Source of the DNA: Cetorhinus maximus
Lineage: Eukaryota
NCBI RefSeq assembly: GCF_964194155.1
Contig: NC_135889.1
Coordinates: forward strand, 45,074,001-45,138,000
Reading direction: 5' to 3'
DNA length: 64,000 nucleotides
The notes beneath the pieces are model-generated. The model did not search any database and was not told the DNA's origin. It saw nothing but the letters and a program-made list of their open reading frames with translations. A program made the position numbers and the translations under genes. Below are positions 1-11,118 of this stretch, piece after piece. Within the stretch, counting starts at the first letter, position 1. Each line of letters opens with the position of its first letter.

Positions 1-1200
1 GATATTACTTCTAGCATTGATAAAGGAAAACCAGTGAATGTGGTATATTTGGATCTTCAGAAGACTTTTGATAAGGTCCCATACAGGAGGTTAGTAAATA
101 AAATTAGAGCGCATGGGATTGGGGGAAATATACTAGTATGGATTAAAAACTGGTTAACAGACAGAAAGCAAACAATAGGAATAAACGGACCATTTTCAGG
201 ATGGCAGGTTGTTACTAGTGGGATACCTCAAGGATCAGTGCTGGAGCCACAGTTGTTCACAATCTATATAAATGATTGGGGACCAATTGTAATATTTCCA
301 AATTTGCTGATGACACCAAACTGGATGGGAACATAAATTGTGAGGAGGATGCAAGAAGGCTTCAAGGGGACTTGGACAGGCTAAGTGAATGTGCTAGAAC
401 ATGGCAGATGAAATATAATATGAATAAGTGTGAAGTTATTCACTTTGGTAGAAAAAAACAGAAAGGCAGAATATTTCTTAAATAGCGAGAGGTTGGAAGT
501 GCTAATGTCCAAAGGGACCTGGGTGTCCTTGATTCATGAGTCACTAGAAGTTAGCATGCAGGTGCAGCAAGCAACTAGGAAGGCAAATTGGCCTTCATCG
601 CAACGGGATTTGAGTACAGGAGTAAAGATGTCTTGCTGCAGCTGTATAGAGCCTTGGTGAGATCACACTCGGAGTATTGTACACAACACAAAATTGGTCT
701 CCTTATCTAAGGAGGGACATACTTGCCATAGAGAGAGTGCAATGGAGGTTCACCAGATTAATCCCTGGAATGGTGGGATTGTCTTATGAGGAGAAACTGG
801 GGAGACTGGGTCTGTACTCCCTAACGTTTTGAAGAATGAACGGTAACCACATTAAAATTTACAAAATGCTTACAGGCGTGACAGGGTGGATGTAGATAAG
901 ATGCTTCACCTGGCTGGTGAGTCTAAAACCAGGGGACATAATCGCAGGATAAGGGGTAGGACCGTGATGAGGAGGAATTTCTTCACTCAGAGGGTGGTGA
1001 ATTTTTGGAATTCTCTATCCCAGAGGGCCGTGGAAGCTCAATCATAGAGCATGTTCAAAACAGAAATCAATAGATTTCTGGAGAAAGGCATATGGAAATA
1101 GTACGGGAAGTGGTGTTGAAGTATATGATCAGCCATGATTTAATTGAATGGAGGAGCAGGTTCAATTGGCTGAATGGTCTACACCTGTTCCTATGTTCCT
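1..1200 (+). mobile_element. CR1-clade LINE, decayed 3' part (RT and 3' tail)
   Basis: ORF fragments VVYLDLQKTFDKVP, SGIPQGSVLEP, SKFADDTKL are CR1-type RT motifs with frameshifts; ends in short tandem tail cctgttcctatgttcct near 1185-1200. Confidence 0.9.
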
Positions 1201-2830
1201 TGATGCCATACTCCATCAAATGCTACCTTGATGTTGAGGGCAGTCATTTTCACCTCACCTTTTGAGTTCAGCTCATTCACCAATGTTTGGATAAAGGTTG
1301 TCATGAGGTCTGGAATCGTGCCCCAGCAGAACCCAAACTGAGTATCGATGAGCAGGTTACTGCTGAATAAGTGGACTTCATAGCAATGTCAAAAACACCT
1401 TCCAACACTTTGCTGATGATTGAGAGTAGACTGATCCGGTGGCAATTGGCTGGATTGGATTTGTCCTGCTTTTTATGGGCAGGGCATTCCTGGACAATTT
1501 TCTACATTGTCAGGTAGATGCCAATGTTGTAGCTGTACTTAAAAAGCTTGGCTAAGGTGCAACTTGTTCTGGAGCATAAGACTTCAATACCACAGCTGGG
1601 ATGTTGGCAGGGTCTTTGCTGCGTCCAGTGCCATCAGCCGTTTCTTGATATCATATGCAGTGGATCGAATTAGCTGAAGAATAGCACCTGTGATGTTGGG
1701 ACTTCAGGAGGAGGTAGAGGTGTAGTCTTGTAGCGTAGCTTCATCAGGTTGGCATCTCATTTTTAGGTATGCCTTCGCTGCTGTCCTGCACTCCTCAGTG
1801 AACCAGAGTTGATCCCCTGCCTTGATGGTAATGGTAGAGTGAGAGAAATGCAAGCCATGAGGTTGCAGATTGTGGTTGAATACAATTCTGCTGCCACTGA
1901 TAGCCCACAGCACCTCATGGATGCCCAGTTTTGAACTGCTAGATCTGTTCTCAATCTATCCCATTTAGCATGGTGGTCATGTGACACAACACAACAGACG
2001 TTGTTCTCAGTGTGAAGACAGAACTTTGTCTCCACAAGGACTGTGCAGTGGTCAGTCCTACCAGTAATATCATGAACAGATGCATCTGCAACAGGGACAT
2101 TGATGAGGCCGAGGTCAAGTAGATTTTTTCTCCTGTTGGCTCTCACAACCTGAAGGTCCAGTCTGGCAGTATGTCCTTCAGGACTTGGCCAGTTCAGTCA
2201 TGAGTGGTGCTAATGAGCTACGCTTGATGATGGACATTGAAGTCCCTCACCCAGAGTACATTCTATGCCCTTGCCACCCTCAGTGCTTCTTCCAAGTGGT
2301 GTTCAACATGGAGGAGCATAAGGTCATAAGAAATTTAAGCAGGAGTAGGCCATTTTGCCCCTCTAGCCTGTTCTGCCATTCAATAAGATTATGCTGACCT
2401 GATTGTGGCATAACTCCACTTTCCTGCCTGCCCCCCATAACCCTTGACTCCCCAGACAATCATAAATCTGCACCGATTCATCAGCGGAGGGAGGGCAGTA
2501 GGTGTTAATCAACAGGTTTCCTTGCCCATCTTTGACCTAATGCCTTGAGATTACATGGGGGCCGGAATTAATGTTGAGGACTCCCAGGGGAGTCACTCCC
2601 TCCCAACAATTTACCATTGTGCCGCCACGTCTCGTGGGTCAGTCTGGCCAGTGGGACAGGAAATATCCAGGGATGATGATGGAGGAGTCTTAGACATTGG
2701 CTGAAAGGTATGCTTTAATGAAAATGACTACGTTAGGCTATTGCTTGACTAGTCTGTGGAATATTTTGGCACAAGTCTCAGGTATTAGTGGGGAGAACTT
2801 TGCCGGGTCAATTGGGCTGGGTGTGCCTTT
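1201..2830 (-). mobile_element. non-LTR retrotransposon (CR1-like) EN/RT remnant, interrupted by a CR1 3' tail at ~2318-2470
   Basis: Minus-strand translation gives SLLSIISKVLEGVFD and QFGF (RT N-terminal motifs) near 1330-1430, and TDHCTVLV...KWDRLRTDL (endonuclease C-terminal/linker) in ORF 1763-2146. Confidence 0.75.
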
Positions 2831-2869
2831 GTCAAAGCTGGGGGTACCTCATATTTTTCTGTAGCAGTT

Positions 2870-3200
2870 TGCTACAACTGAGTGGCTTGCTAGGCCATTT
2901 CAGAAGGCGGTTAAGAGCCAAACAGCTTGCTGTGAATCAGGAGTCACATCTAGGCCAGACCGAATAAGGACGGCAGGTTTCCTTCCCTGATGGACATTAG
3001 TGAATCATATGTGAGTTTTTATAATAATCCAGTAGTTTCCTGATTACCATTACCAATGACTAGCTTTTTATTACAGAATTATGCATTAACTGAACTTAAA
3101 TCCCCCCAAATGCCACAGTGGGATTTGGACTTGTGTCTCTGAAGAATCAGTCCTCTGGATTACTAGTCCCAGTAACATTACCACTATGCTACCATTACCA
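2870..3200 (-). mobile_element. tRNA-derived SINE (elasmobranch HE1-like)
   Basis: Reverse complement resembles the copies at 15740 and 35047 (ggtagcatagtggtaatg...actagtaatccagagg...gtccaaatcccac; core tccatcagggaaggaaacctgccgtcctt). Confidence 0.65.
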
Positions 3201-4933
3201 ATTTCAACTTCCTGATTTACCTCATCTTTTCTACTCTGTTAAACCTTGATGGTATCTTGGCCCTTTGTTTAGTTGGTACAGGCCCAGAGCAGAAAATATT
3301 GTCCATGTATGGCATGAACAAAGATACTCATTCAGAAAGACAACAAGGATGGTTAGGGAAGAAAGTAGGAAACTCTAGTGCAGTAAAGAATGCCCTTATA
3401 ACACTAGAATAAAGACATATTGTCAATTAAATGTGCATTGCTCATGGTGGATTCCATAGTGAGCAGTATTCCAATTCCCAGACCTACTTTTCTTTTGAGT
3501 AAGATAACATATACTTTCCTGAAATGAAACAGTTGACCATTTATTGCCTTGATAATTATTCCCATTCTTAAAAGCTAGCTTTAAGAAAAACATGCACCTT
3601 AAGACTAGGAACAAAGATATAAAAAAAAGCTGCTTAGCTTTTCCTCCATTTTGCTGGTAACAAGATAAAGTCAGCCTTTTAACAATTTCTTGGCAGCAAA
3701 GCTCCCTAAGAATGACTTGTCAAAAATAGACTAAATGCTTCAAGATTGGATCTGCATGGAATGTCAACAGTCTTAAAACAATGATTTATGAATGGAAACC
3801 GGGCATTACCTTGGTGAAAAGCCTTCAATATCTGCTGATCAAATACTTGTTCAGGACAGTGTAACACATTCTTTCCCGCCAATATTGTATTTTACCGTGT
3901 TTGATTCCAGATGGGTTTTTTTTTCTATTGAGATAAATGTCTAAGTAATACTCAAAGCAACACCAGCAGTGTTTCCGTCAGATGCTAATTGGAGTCATCC
4001 TGATTGGCCACAATTAAAATTACAAATATTCAGGGCCAGATGGGTAAATAGACCAACTCTTAAGAACATAAGAAATAGGAGTAAGAGTAAGACATACGAC
4101 CCCTGGAGCCTGATCAACCATTCAGGATGATCATTGCTGATCTTCTACCTCAACTCTACTTTCCCTCCCCCTCCCCATCCCCATATCCCTTAATTCCCTT
4201 ATGTCCTTAAGATTTGTTTTAAAATTGAACCCAGCAAAATAGGGTACTTGTGAAAGGAAAAGGAAAAAGATCATCTGGGCTATCAAACACAGCCCATCCA
4301 GGCATGCTGCAGCCTTTTGTGCCATTGACCTCAGGTCTCAATCAGGCACTCTCGCGAAACAGGTGAAAGAACAGTGTTAAAAAAGAAACAAATGTTAAAT
4401 TAGAAAAGTCTCTGGGAAATTTCTCATTGCCTGATTTCCTTAGTGAGTCAATGTTCCAGGAGACTAGAGCGCCCATAACTCGTCAGAATCCTATCCAATG
4501 TGCTCCTTTCTCAGAAAATTGTCCAACTCCCTTTGGAAGGACGGTAAGAAACCCATGGGTATCACATACTTCTGTAATCGGTTCCAGAGGGCAACGATTT
4601 TGTGTAAAACAAACTTCCTAATATCTAAAGCAAGTTTTTGCTCAAGGATAAAAGCCTCCTCTCCTTAAGGGCTACAAGACTTGTAACATGAAAGACGTTC
4701 TATTAGGCATAGGTTGACAACACAAAACTAACATAAGTTGGTAATCTCGCTCAAGCAGGTCATGGGGAGCTGCTACAGAAAACAGAGGAAAAAAAAATCA
4801 CACTTCTGCAACAGGTGGTTTCTGGAGGGCGATTAAAGTTATAGTTGGGGGCAGAAGAGAGTAAGTTGTTTGACAGGAGAACTAAAGATACTCTATTTTG
4901 TTAGTGATTTTTATAATCCTTAGAATGATCGAC

Positions 4934-5275
4934 CTAAACGGAGTTGGTGTATTTGGTGACCACTTTGGTGCCGTCGGAGACGGCGTATTTGGCCAGTTCC
5001 CCTGGCAGCATGAGGTGGACGTTGCTCTGGATCTCCCTGGCCAAGATGGTGTGGCGCTTGTTGTAGTGAATGAGGTGCGAAGACTCAGGGGCGATGCGCT
5101 CAAAAATGTCGACAATGAAGGAATTCATAATACTCATGGCCTTGGACAAGATCCTGGTGGAAGGGTGGACCTGGGTCAGCACCCTGTACACATAAGTGGA
5201 ATAGCTCTGCTTGCAAGATTTTTTCCGCTTCTTAGGCGGCCTCTTGGTTACTTTAGTCAGCAACTGCTTCGATGC
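4934..5275 (-). pseudogene. divergent histone H2B-like sequence, 5'-truncated
   Basis: Open frame [38 protein letters not shown]...[17 protein letters not shown]...[21 protein letters not shown] is a clear H2B fold; no ATG (in-frame TAG at 5278-5276); no canonical histone stem-loop downstream. Confidence 0.85.
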
Positions 5276-5283
5276 CTAAACTT

Positions 5284-7420
5284 GGTTCAAATTTTAACTT
5301 GTACAACCTGGTTTCTAGGGCTTGGGAAATTAACGTGAGTTTGAGCAGCAGTTCAGGTGGGCAATTTAACTTTCATTTCCCCAACTGAATACAAGCTCAA
5401 TTACTGTAACTGCTATCTCAGTTTCCTCTGGTAAATGTCTGGCAGGCAGTGCTTGGGGTGTTTTAAATTTTGAAGGATTTCAATTGACAAGATCAGGATG
5501 CAAGGTGCCCTGGATATGTATGACAGCACATCAGAAGAGGAAGACCATCTCTATTCATGGCAGTGATGCACTGCGGTGGGATTAGCACACGCACAGGAGT
5601 GAGGTGCACAGAAGCAGAGCCAAGGTCGTAATAGGTGCCACTTATGTTACAAATAGATGCCACCTATGTTACATGGTTTACAGACGGAGACTCAGCTTTC
5701 TCAACCTCTTGGAAGAGCAGCACTTCTGCAGACTAAGGTTGTCACATTAGGTGGTGGCAGACGTCTGCAGTCTCCAACAGAAAGACCTGCTCCATGCTTG
5801 GACCTGGTAGCTGTGCATTACCAGTGACCGTGATGGTGACTATTGCCATCATGTGTTTCACCAATGGATCCTTCCAGAGTACTATCAGTGACATACTCTG
5901 GCCTGTCAGCTGCGAGATACGTAAGGCAGGTCACTGATGAATTATTTGTCAGGGACAAATGTAAACATTCCCGTAGTTACTATATTCAGAATTAACAGAC
6001 ACTCAAATGTGTCTCTCTGGTTCACTTCTGATAGTGGGGTGCTGTGTCCTGTGCAACATTGTGCAGGTAGAGGGTGACATCGATTGTACACATGTGGCAA
6101 TCCAAGCACCATCACAACATCCAAGGCTTTTTATAAACCGCAAGGGGTATTTGTCCATCCAATGCGCAACCAGGCAGGTCTGCGCCAGATTCCCTCAGTG
6201 TTGTCATTCCTTCATAGTGCAGCAGTCCAACAGTCCAGGCATTTTTATTCCAAGAAGCAGACTTAAGCAGACTAATAGGAGACGAGGGTTCAAATTTTGC
6301 TTCTGACTCCCATCAGGAAACCCACCAATGAGGCGCTTGAATGATTGTGAGAACCAAATGACAACTAGGTATCATTGAGCAAGCTATGAGAATGTCAAAA
6401 ATGTGTTTCAGGTGCCTAGATAGGTTTGGAGGTGCCCTTCAGTACTCACCAGCCAGGGAGTCCAAAATGATAGCGGTGTGCTGTAGCCTGCAGGTGAAGT
6501 GGATGAAAGGGCTAATTACTCACCATTGGGTGAGGAGAACAAAGAGGGGAGGATGAAGATGGGGCACCCTTGCCAGATCAGCTGCTTATATCGCTGCCTG
6601 AGATGCCGCAGTATCACAAAGGCTTACCTAGTGTGAAACATTATGTCAGAAATTCTAAAGGCTATCACCAGAACCAAAACCACCAAGTCCCTGACTAAAT
6701 ATCTTTCAATCACCTGTCCACCAAAAAATCCCAACAGGTGTTGACAGACACCGTGAAGCAAGTGAAAAGATGAAACAAAAACAGAAAATGCTGGAAAAAC
6801 TCAGCTGGGCTGACAGCATCCGTGGAGAGAAACAGAGTTAACGTTTCGAGTCCGTATGACCCTTCTTCAGAGCTAAGTGAAAAGGTGAGTTGGCCCTCAG
6901 GCTGCAACAATGGGCAAGATGGGGAAGTGACACAAATCATTAAGTTTTGTGTAGGGTAATATAAAAAAAGAAATGTAGCATATTGACAAATACCCTTGGT
7001 GAACCATAATTTATCCAATTTACCCTTGCTACCACTTTTACATGGTGCTTCTTGAGTGGTTTTAACAGAGGTACAGGCAGGTTGCTAAGATCCACACTCC
7101 AACTCCTCAGGTGCTTTTGGCCTACATCATCTGCATTTTGGAGCCCAAGGGCCCCATCTGCACCCATGCAGGGGCAGCAATCATGAGATAAGGGAGCATG
7201 ATGAGCATTGGTTGAGGGGCAATGGATGAAACACTTTGAGGGAGTTCCCACTTCCATGTCACGTTTCGCCATCATCCTATCCTGGTATCCACATCATTCC
7301 TATCACTCTGCGGCGGACCAGATTGGTGAAGATTAGTGGAATGTTGTTTAAGGTCATGGATAAGGTATTTGCCATCCTGTTTAAGGCAGCATACAAGTTG
7401 CAACTTAAAGACCTGAATTC
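5284..7420 (+). mobile_element. PIF/Harbinger DNA transposon remnant (DDE transposase on +, probable second ORF on -)
   Basis: HARBI1-like motifs IDCTHVAI (~6080), NRKGY (~6137), MCFRCLDRFGGALQYSP (~6400) with frameshifts; TIR-like ggttcaaatttt at 5284. Right boundary approximate. Confidence 0.8.
6772..6876 (-). mobile_element. short Penelope-type terminal fragment with minimal hammerhead ribozyme core
   Basis: Minus strand 6874-6836 reads AGCT CTGAAGA A GGGTC ATACG GACTC GAAA CGT T AACT; same family as copies at 14.8, 22.4, 26.4, 39.2 and 55.1 kb. Confidence 0.75.
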
Positions 7421-8222
7421 TAACATTAACCATAAAAAGATTTCTCTCAAACAATGTTCCACATGATGCAGTGAATACCTGTACTAGATGTATGAAATAT
7501 TGGTTGAATTACAATAGAAATGACTGCACCAACATTGACCACTTAACTGTGTATTACACAGCATTCAAGGTACTGGAGACTAGAATAGGAAATATCAGCA
7601 TCCTCATTATAAATGGGATTGAGTCAGAGATTCATAACCTGATGCCTGTTAGTTTCCTATTGCAACGAAACATGAAGGACATCGAATCTGACAGTACGAA
7701 CAAAACCAAATGAGAAGATGAAGACATTATTGTAAATGGTCCTCCTCAAGACCTCAGCCAAGGATGCCATTCAAAATTGTCAACTTCAATATGGAGGAAC
7801 TCTCTGAGAGAAGTCCGGCATTCTTTTTGACATGAAATCAGACCTCATGTGCTTGAAAGAGACAGCAGCACCTAAGAAATTGTGAAACAAAAATAAGAAC
7901 AGAACAGCAGAATGAAATTTCTGACCTACAAAAGGGGTTCAAGATTTAGGCCTAGCACAATCTAAGGTGAAGCGCATGAATGCTTAAACCCTTAGGCAGT
8001 AGAACACCCAAACTCTGCTACCTTCACTGGAAGATGTCAAGCAGAACCTAAGTGTTTTACAGAGGAAAAGGGAGGAAAAAAGTAAATTACCTAGGGTTTC
8101 AACAACTTCTCATTATTGGATGGAATATTTTGAAGTTTGCAACACATGTTATGATCATTACCATAATATGGAAAACGTCCATATGCTCCAATTTTAAAAA
8201 ATACACACTAACCTTTCCTTAC

Positions 8223-8386
8223 CTTATTGTGTGTGAAAACAATTCTTAGGTCTGGTTTTATTATGCCATATGCCATTAGGAGGTCTTGAACTTTTTTCAG
8301 CTCTTCTTTGCATTTTTTGGCAGTGAAGTAAAATTGCTTCCTTACAGGGATATTCTTAAAGAGTTTGAGCACTGTCACAGTTGTTC
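8223..8386 (-). CDS. PMS1: PMS1 coding exon 4 ([18 protein letters not shown]...FTHNK)
   Basis: MutL-family GTTV..LF.N.PVRK motif; acceptor ttag|GA at 8387/8386, donor AAG|gtaag at 8223/8222; 164 nt, phase-consistent with the previous exon. Confidence 0.96.
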
Positions 8387-8559
8387 CTAATAGACATGAA
8401 CAACAGTAAATTGAAATTAGCAATGGACAAAAGGTGAGAGCAAGCACTGAAAAATAAAAGTACTTATCTTTGAAACATTTTTGATGACATAAATTCTGTC
8501 ATGTACATCTTCTGGTACAAACCTTTCTCCTGCTGTGCCCAAGCAGAAACAGTGGCAAA

Positions 8560-9268
8560 AGATTCCATAATAGCTGCTTCTGCCTCACTGCTGTTCTCCC
8601 GAGTCCTCGCTCACAGTGTGGGTTTAGGAGAGGGAAATGGCAAGCGAGAGCATTTTAAAAAACCATGATTGTAGCAGCAGCAGCAGCTGCTCAGCATTTC
8701 TGCACCATTAGGGCTCACACTTCCACAACATTGGAGTGGATCTGGATCATGAACAGGAACACGTCCAGGAGAGAGAGGCGGCGAGAGGGTGAATCAAGGA
8801 GCGGGGGGTTCGGCGAGAGGGTGGGCCGGGGAGGGAGAAGAGGCCGCAACTCAGAGGGTCAGAGAGTGGGGAGAGGCCAGAACGCGTAGCGTCGGGGAGG
8901 GGGGGAGAGAGGCCACAACTTGGAGGGTGGGTGGGGGGAGGAGGATCTGCAGCGACCAGGAGGATCAGGGAGTAGGCGGTTCGGAAAGCAGGATCGGCAG
9001 TGAGCAGGAGGTACTGTAAGTAGAAAGTTACATTTTTCTTTAAATAAGTATAAAATATACAAGTTAAAATATACATTTACCAATGTAGGAAGTTAGCAAT
9101 GTAAAATACTGTAAATTAGAGTTTTTTTTTCTGATAAGGAAGATCCTACAGAACCTAACTACAGTTTTAACATTGATTCCTATGGGAACCAATATTTCAC
9201 CTAAAGTCGTTTCACTTAAAGTCATGATTTTCAGGAACGCAACCACAACTTTAAGTTGGACTTACTGT
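8560..9268. mobile_element. probable Tigger/pogo-like non-autonomous DNA element
   Basis: Right end (tatgggaa...gttt..acttaa...ttttcaggaac...ggacttactg) resembles the right end of the MITE at 28468-28964; left end not identified. Confidence 0.4.
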
Positions 9269-9597
9269 GTTTAATTTCCCCAAGTGAAGAATAGTATGAT
9301 AATCATGCTTATTCTCATGGAATAAGTGTGCAGTTCAACATATTTATATAAGGTTCCGCAGAAAATTAGGAAATAAACTAAATTCTAAATTAATCCTATG
9401 TTTAAATTATTGTCAATTCTGCCACTAAACTCACGTAAAATCCAAAAATGCACTATGCCCAAGAAGCCAGGTAACCAATCTACTTTAAAAAATTATTTTA
9501 ACTTTATATTTTGCAAATATTTCTTAAGAACTGCACTGGAAATTTAAAAAAATTCTATAACTAGTCGATCTCCCATGACTTTTTCCATGGATTTACA

Positions 9598-10220
9598 GCC
9601 AGGATTTTTCCTATGGCGAATGGGCTGGGCGGGAGCAAGGGCGGGTGCGGAGCTGATCGCCACCCGCGATCAGCTCCGCACCACCATTTTACGCAGGTGG
9701 ACCAATTAATGCCCACCCAGTGTAATACGCGGCCGGTAGCGCTCAGTGCTACCTGTGCGGGTGGGGGGAGGTGGGGAGAGTCGGGGCCAGTGCTGTACGA
9801 AAGAGCGTAGCAATCTCCCTGAGGCACGGAGCTGCCTCGGGGAGATTGAATGGATAATACAACAATGGAATAAATGATGCAAAAATTTATTTAAACATGT
9901 CCTCTCATGTGCCAGTGTCACATGAGTTAGGACATGTTTGTAAATTTGTGACAATTTATTTATTTAATAAAAGCTTCAGGAAACCTCATCCCGCCCGTGG
10001 ACGGGCAGCATTCTTAAGTGTTTTAATTAATTTCTTAATGGCCTTAATAGGCTGTTGACATTTCAGTGGGTGCGCAGCCGACTCCAGTGTGCGCCCACCG
10101 AACAAAATATCACAATGGCGCATGATGACATCGGGACGCATGCCCAACTTCATCGTGCGTCATTTTACGCATTGGCGTGCCGGGCCCACCTCCCACACGC
10201 CGACCGGAAAATTCTGCCCT
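9598..10220. mobile_element. non-autonomous Harbinger-like element (MITE)
   Basis: Imperfect TIRs gccaggatttttcc / ggaaaattctgccc; internal sequence is the reverse complement of the copy at 55881-56530 (atctccctga..ca...gcctc.gggagat; aaacctcatcc). Confidence 0.65.
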
Positions 10221-10564
10221 AGGGTGAAACTAATTTTCCGCAGTGCATCTGTAATCCTGTGGGAATAGGTATGATAACCTACAGCTTTTGGATTTGAAGC
10301 AGCTCCATCTAGTGGTAGATGTGTGAAGCTGTGATATGACTTTTCAGAATGATGCTCAATTAAGGATTGGTTGTCACACAAATTTAGAACAGTATTACAG
10401 ATATAAATAGGAAAGCTGAAAATTTGTGCAAGTTTTAAATTCCACAAGATTAAAACACCTCCAAATTGAGGCATATTCAGCCTCTTAGTTCCTTTATAAT
10501 CTGCTTTTTGGCCTCTTGATTTCTGTATCATCTTTTAATATCTATCATGTTTTGAGACAATATA

Positions 10565-11005
10565 CAAATTTTAGCTTGGCTCATTGGCTATTATCCCTGG
10601 GTTAGAAAATTGCAGATTTTATGCCCCACTCTTAGAAACTCGAGTGCATAATCTATACTGCAGTGTAGAACCGATGGCCAAGGTGCCACCTCTCAGATGA
10701 GGTTAAATGGAGTCGACCCTCTTAGGTGGATGTGAAAAATACCATGGTAATATTTGAAGAAGAGCAGGGGAGTTTTCACCTGTGTTCTGTCAATATTTAT
10801 CCCTCAACCAATATCGCCAAAACAGATTATCTAATCATTATCTTATTGCCGTTTGTGGGGCCTGTCTGCGTGCAATTTGGCTGCATTTTCCAACATTGCA
10901 AGGGTGACTACACTTTAAAAAAAAAGTACTTCACTGGCTGTAAAGTGCTTTGGGACATCCTGAGGTTGCGACAGTCACACTATAACTGCAAGTTCTTTCT
11001 CTTTT
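10565..11005 (+). mobile_element. old SINE-like repeat (DeuSINE-like)
   Basis: Contains caatatttatccctcaaccaatatc and ends gtaaagtgctttgggacatcctgagg...tctttctttt; reverse complement resembles 26830-27200. Confidence 0.45.
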
Positions 11006-11118
11006 TTAGAATTATTAGATAGAACATAGAATTATAACTGGATCTCTGGATTCAGATAAGCTTCATAAATCATTCTGCAACATAATGGCCTGGATTTTGT
11101 GGCGGCAATGACAGAAAC

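Noticed and set aside
3790-3924. Candidate next PMS1 exon (acceptor tctcaatag, donor CAAG|gtaatg)
   Set aside because: The required phase-0 frame reads KKKPIWNQTR then stops; it does not match the expected AVIWQK-type exon, which probably lies left of the window.
4860-4910. Histone 3' stem-loop after the H2B-like frame
   Set aside because: Minus-strand agagtatctttagttctc pairs poorly and does not match the GGYYYU-UYUH-ARRRCC consensus.
4898-5338. 146-aa plus-strand ORF
   Set aside because: Antisense shadow of the H2B-like frame.
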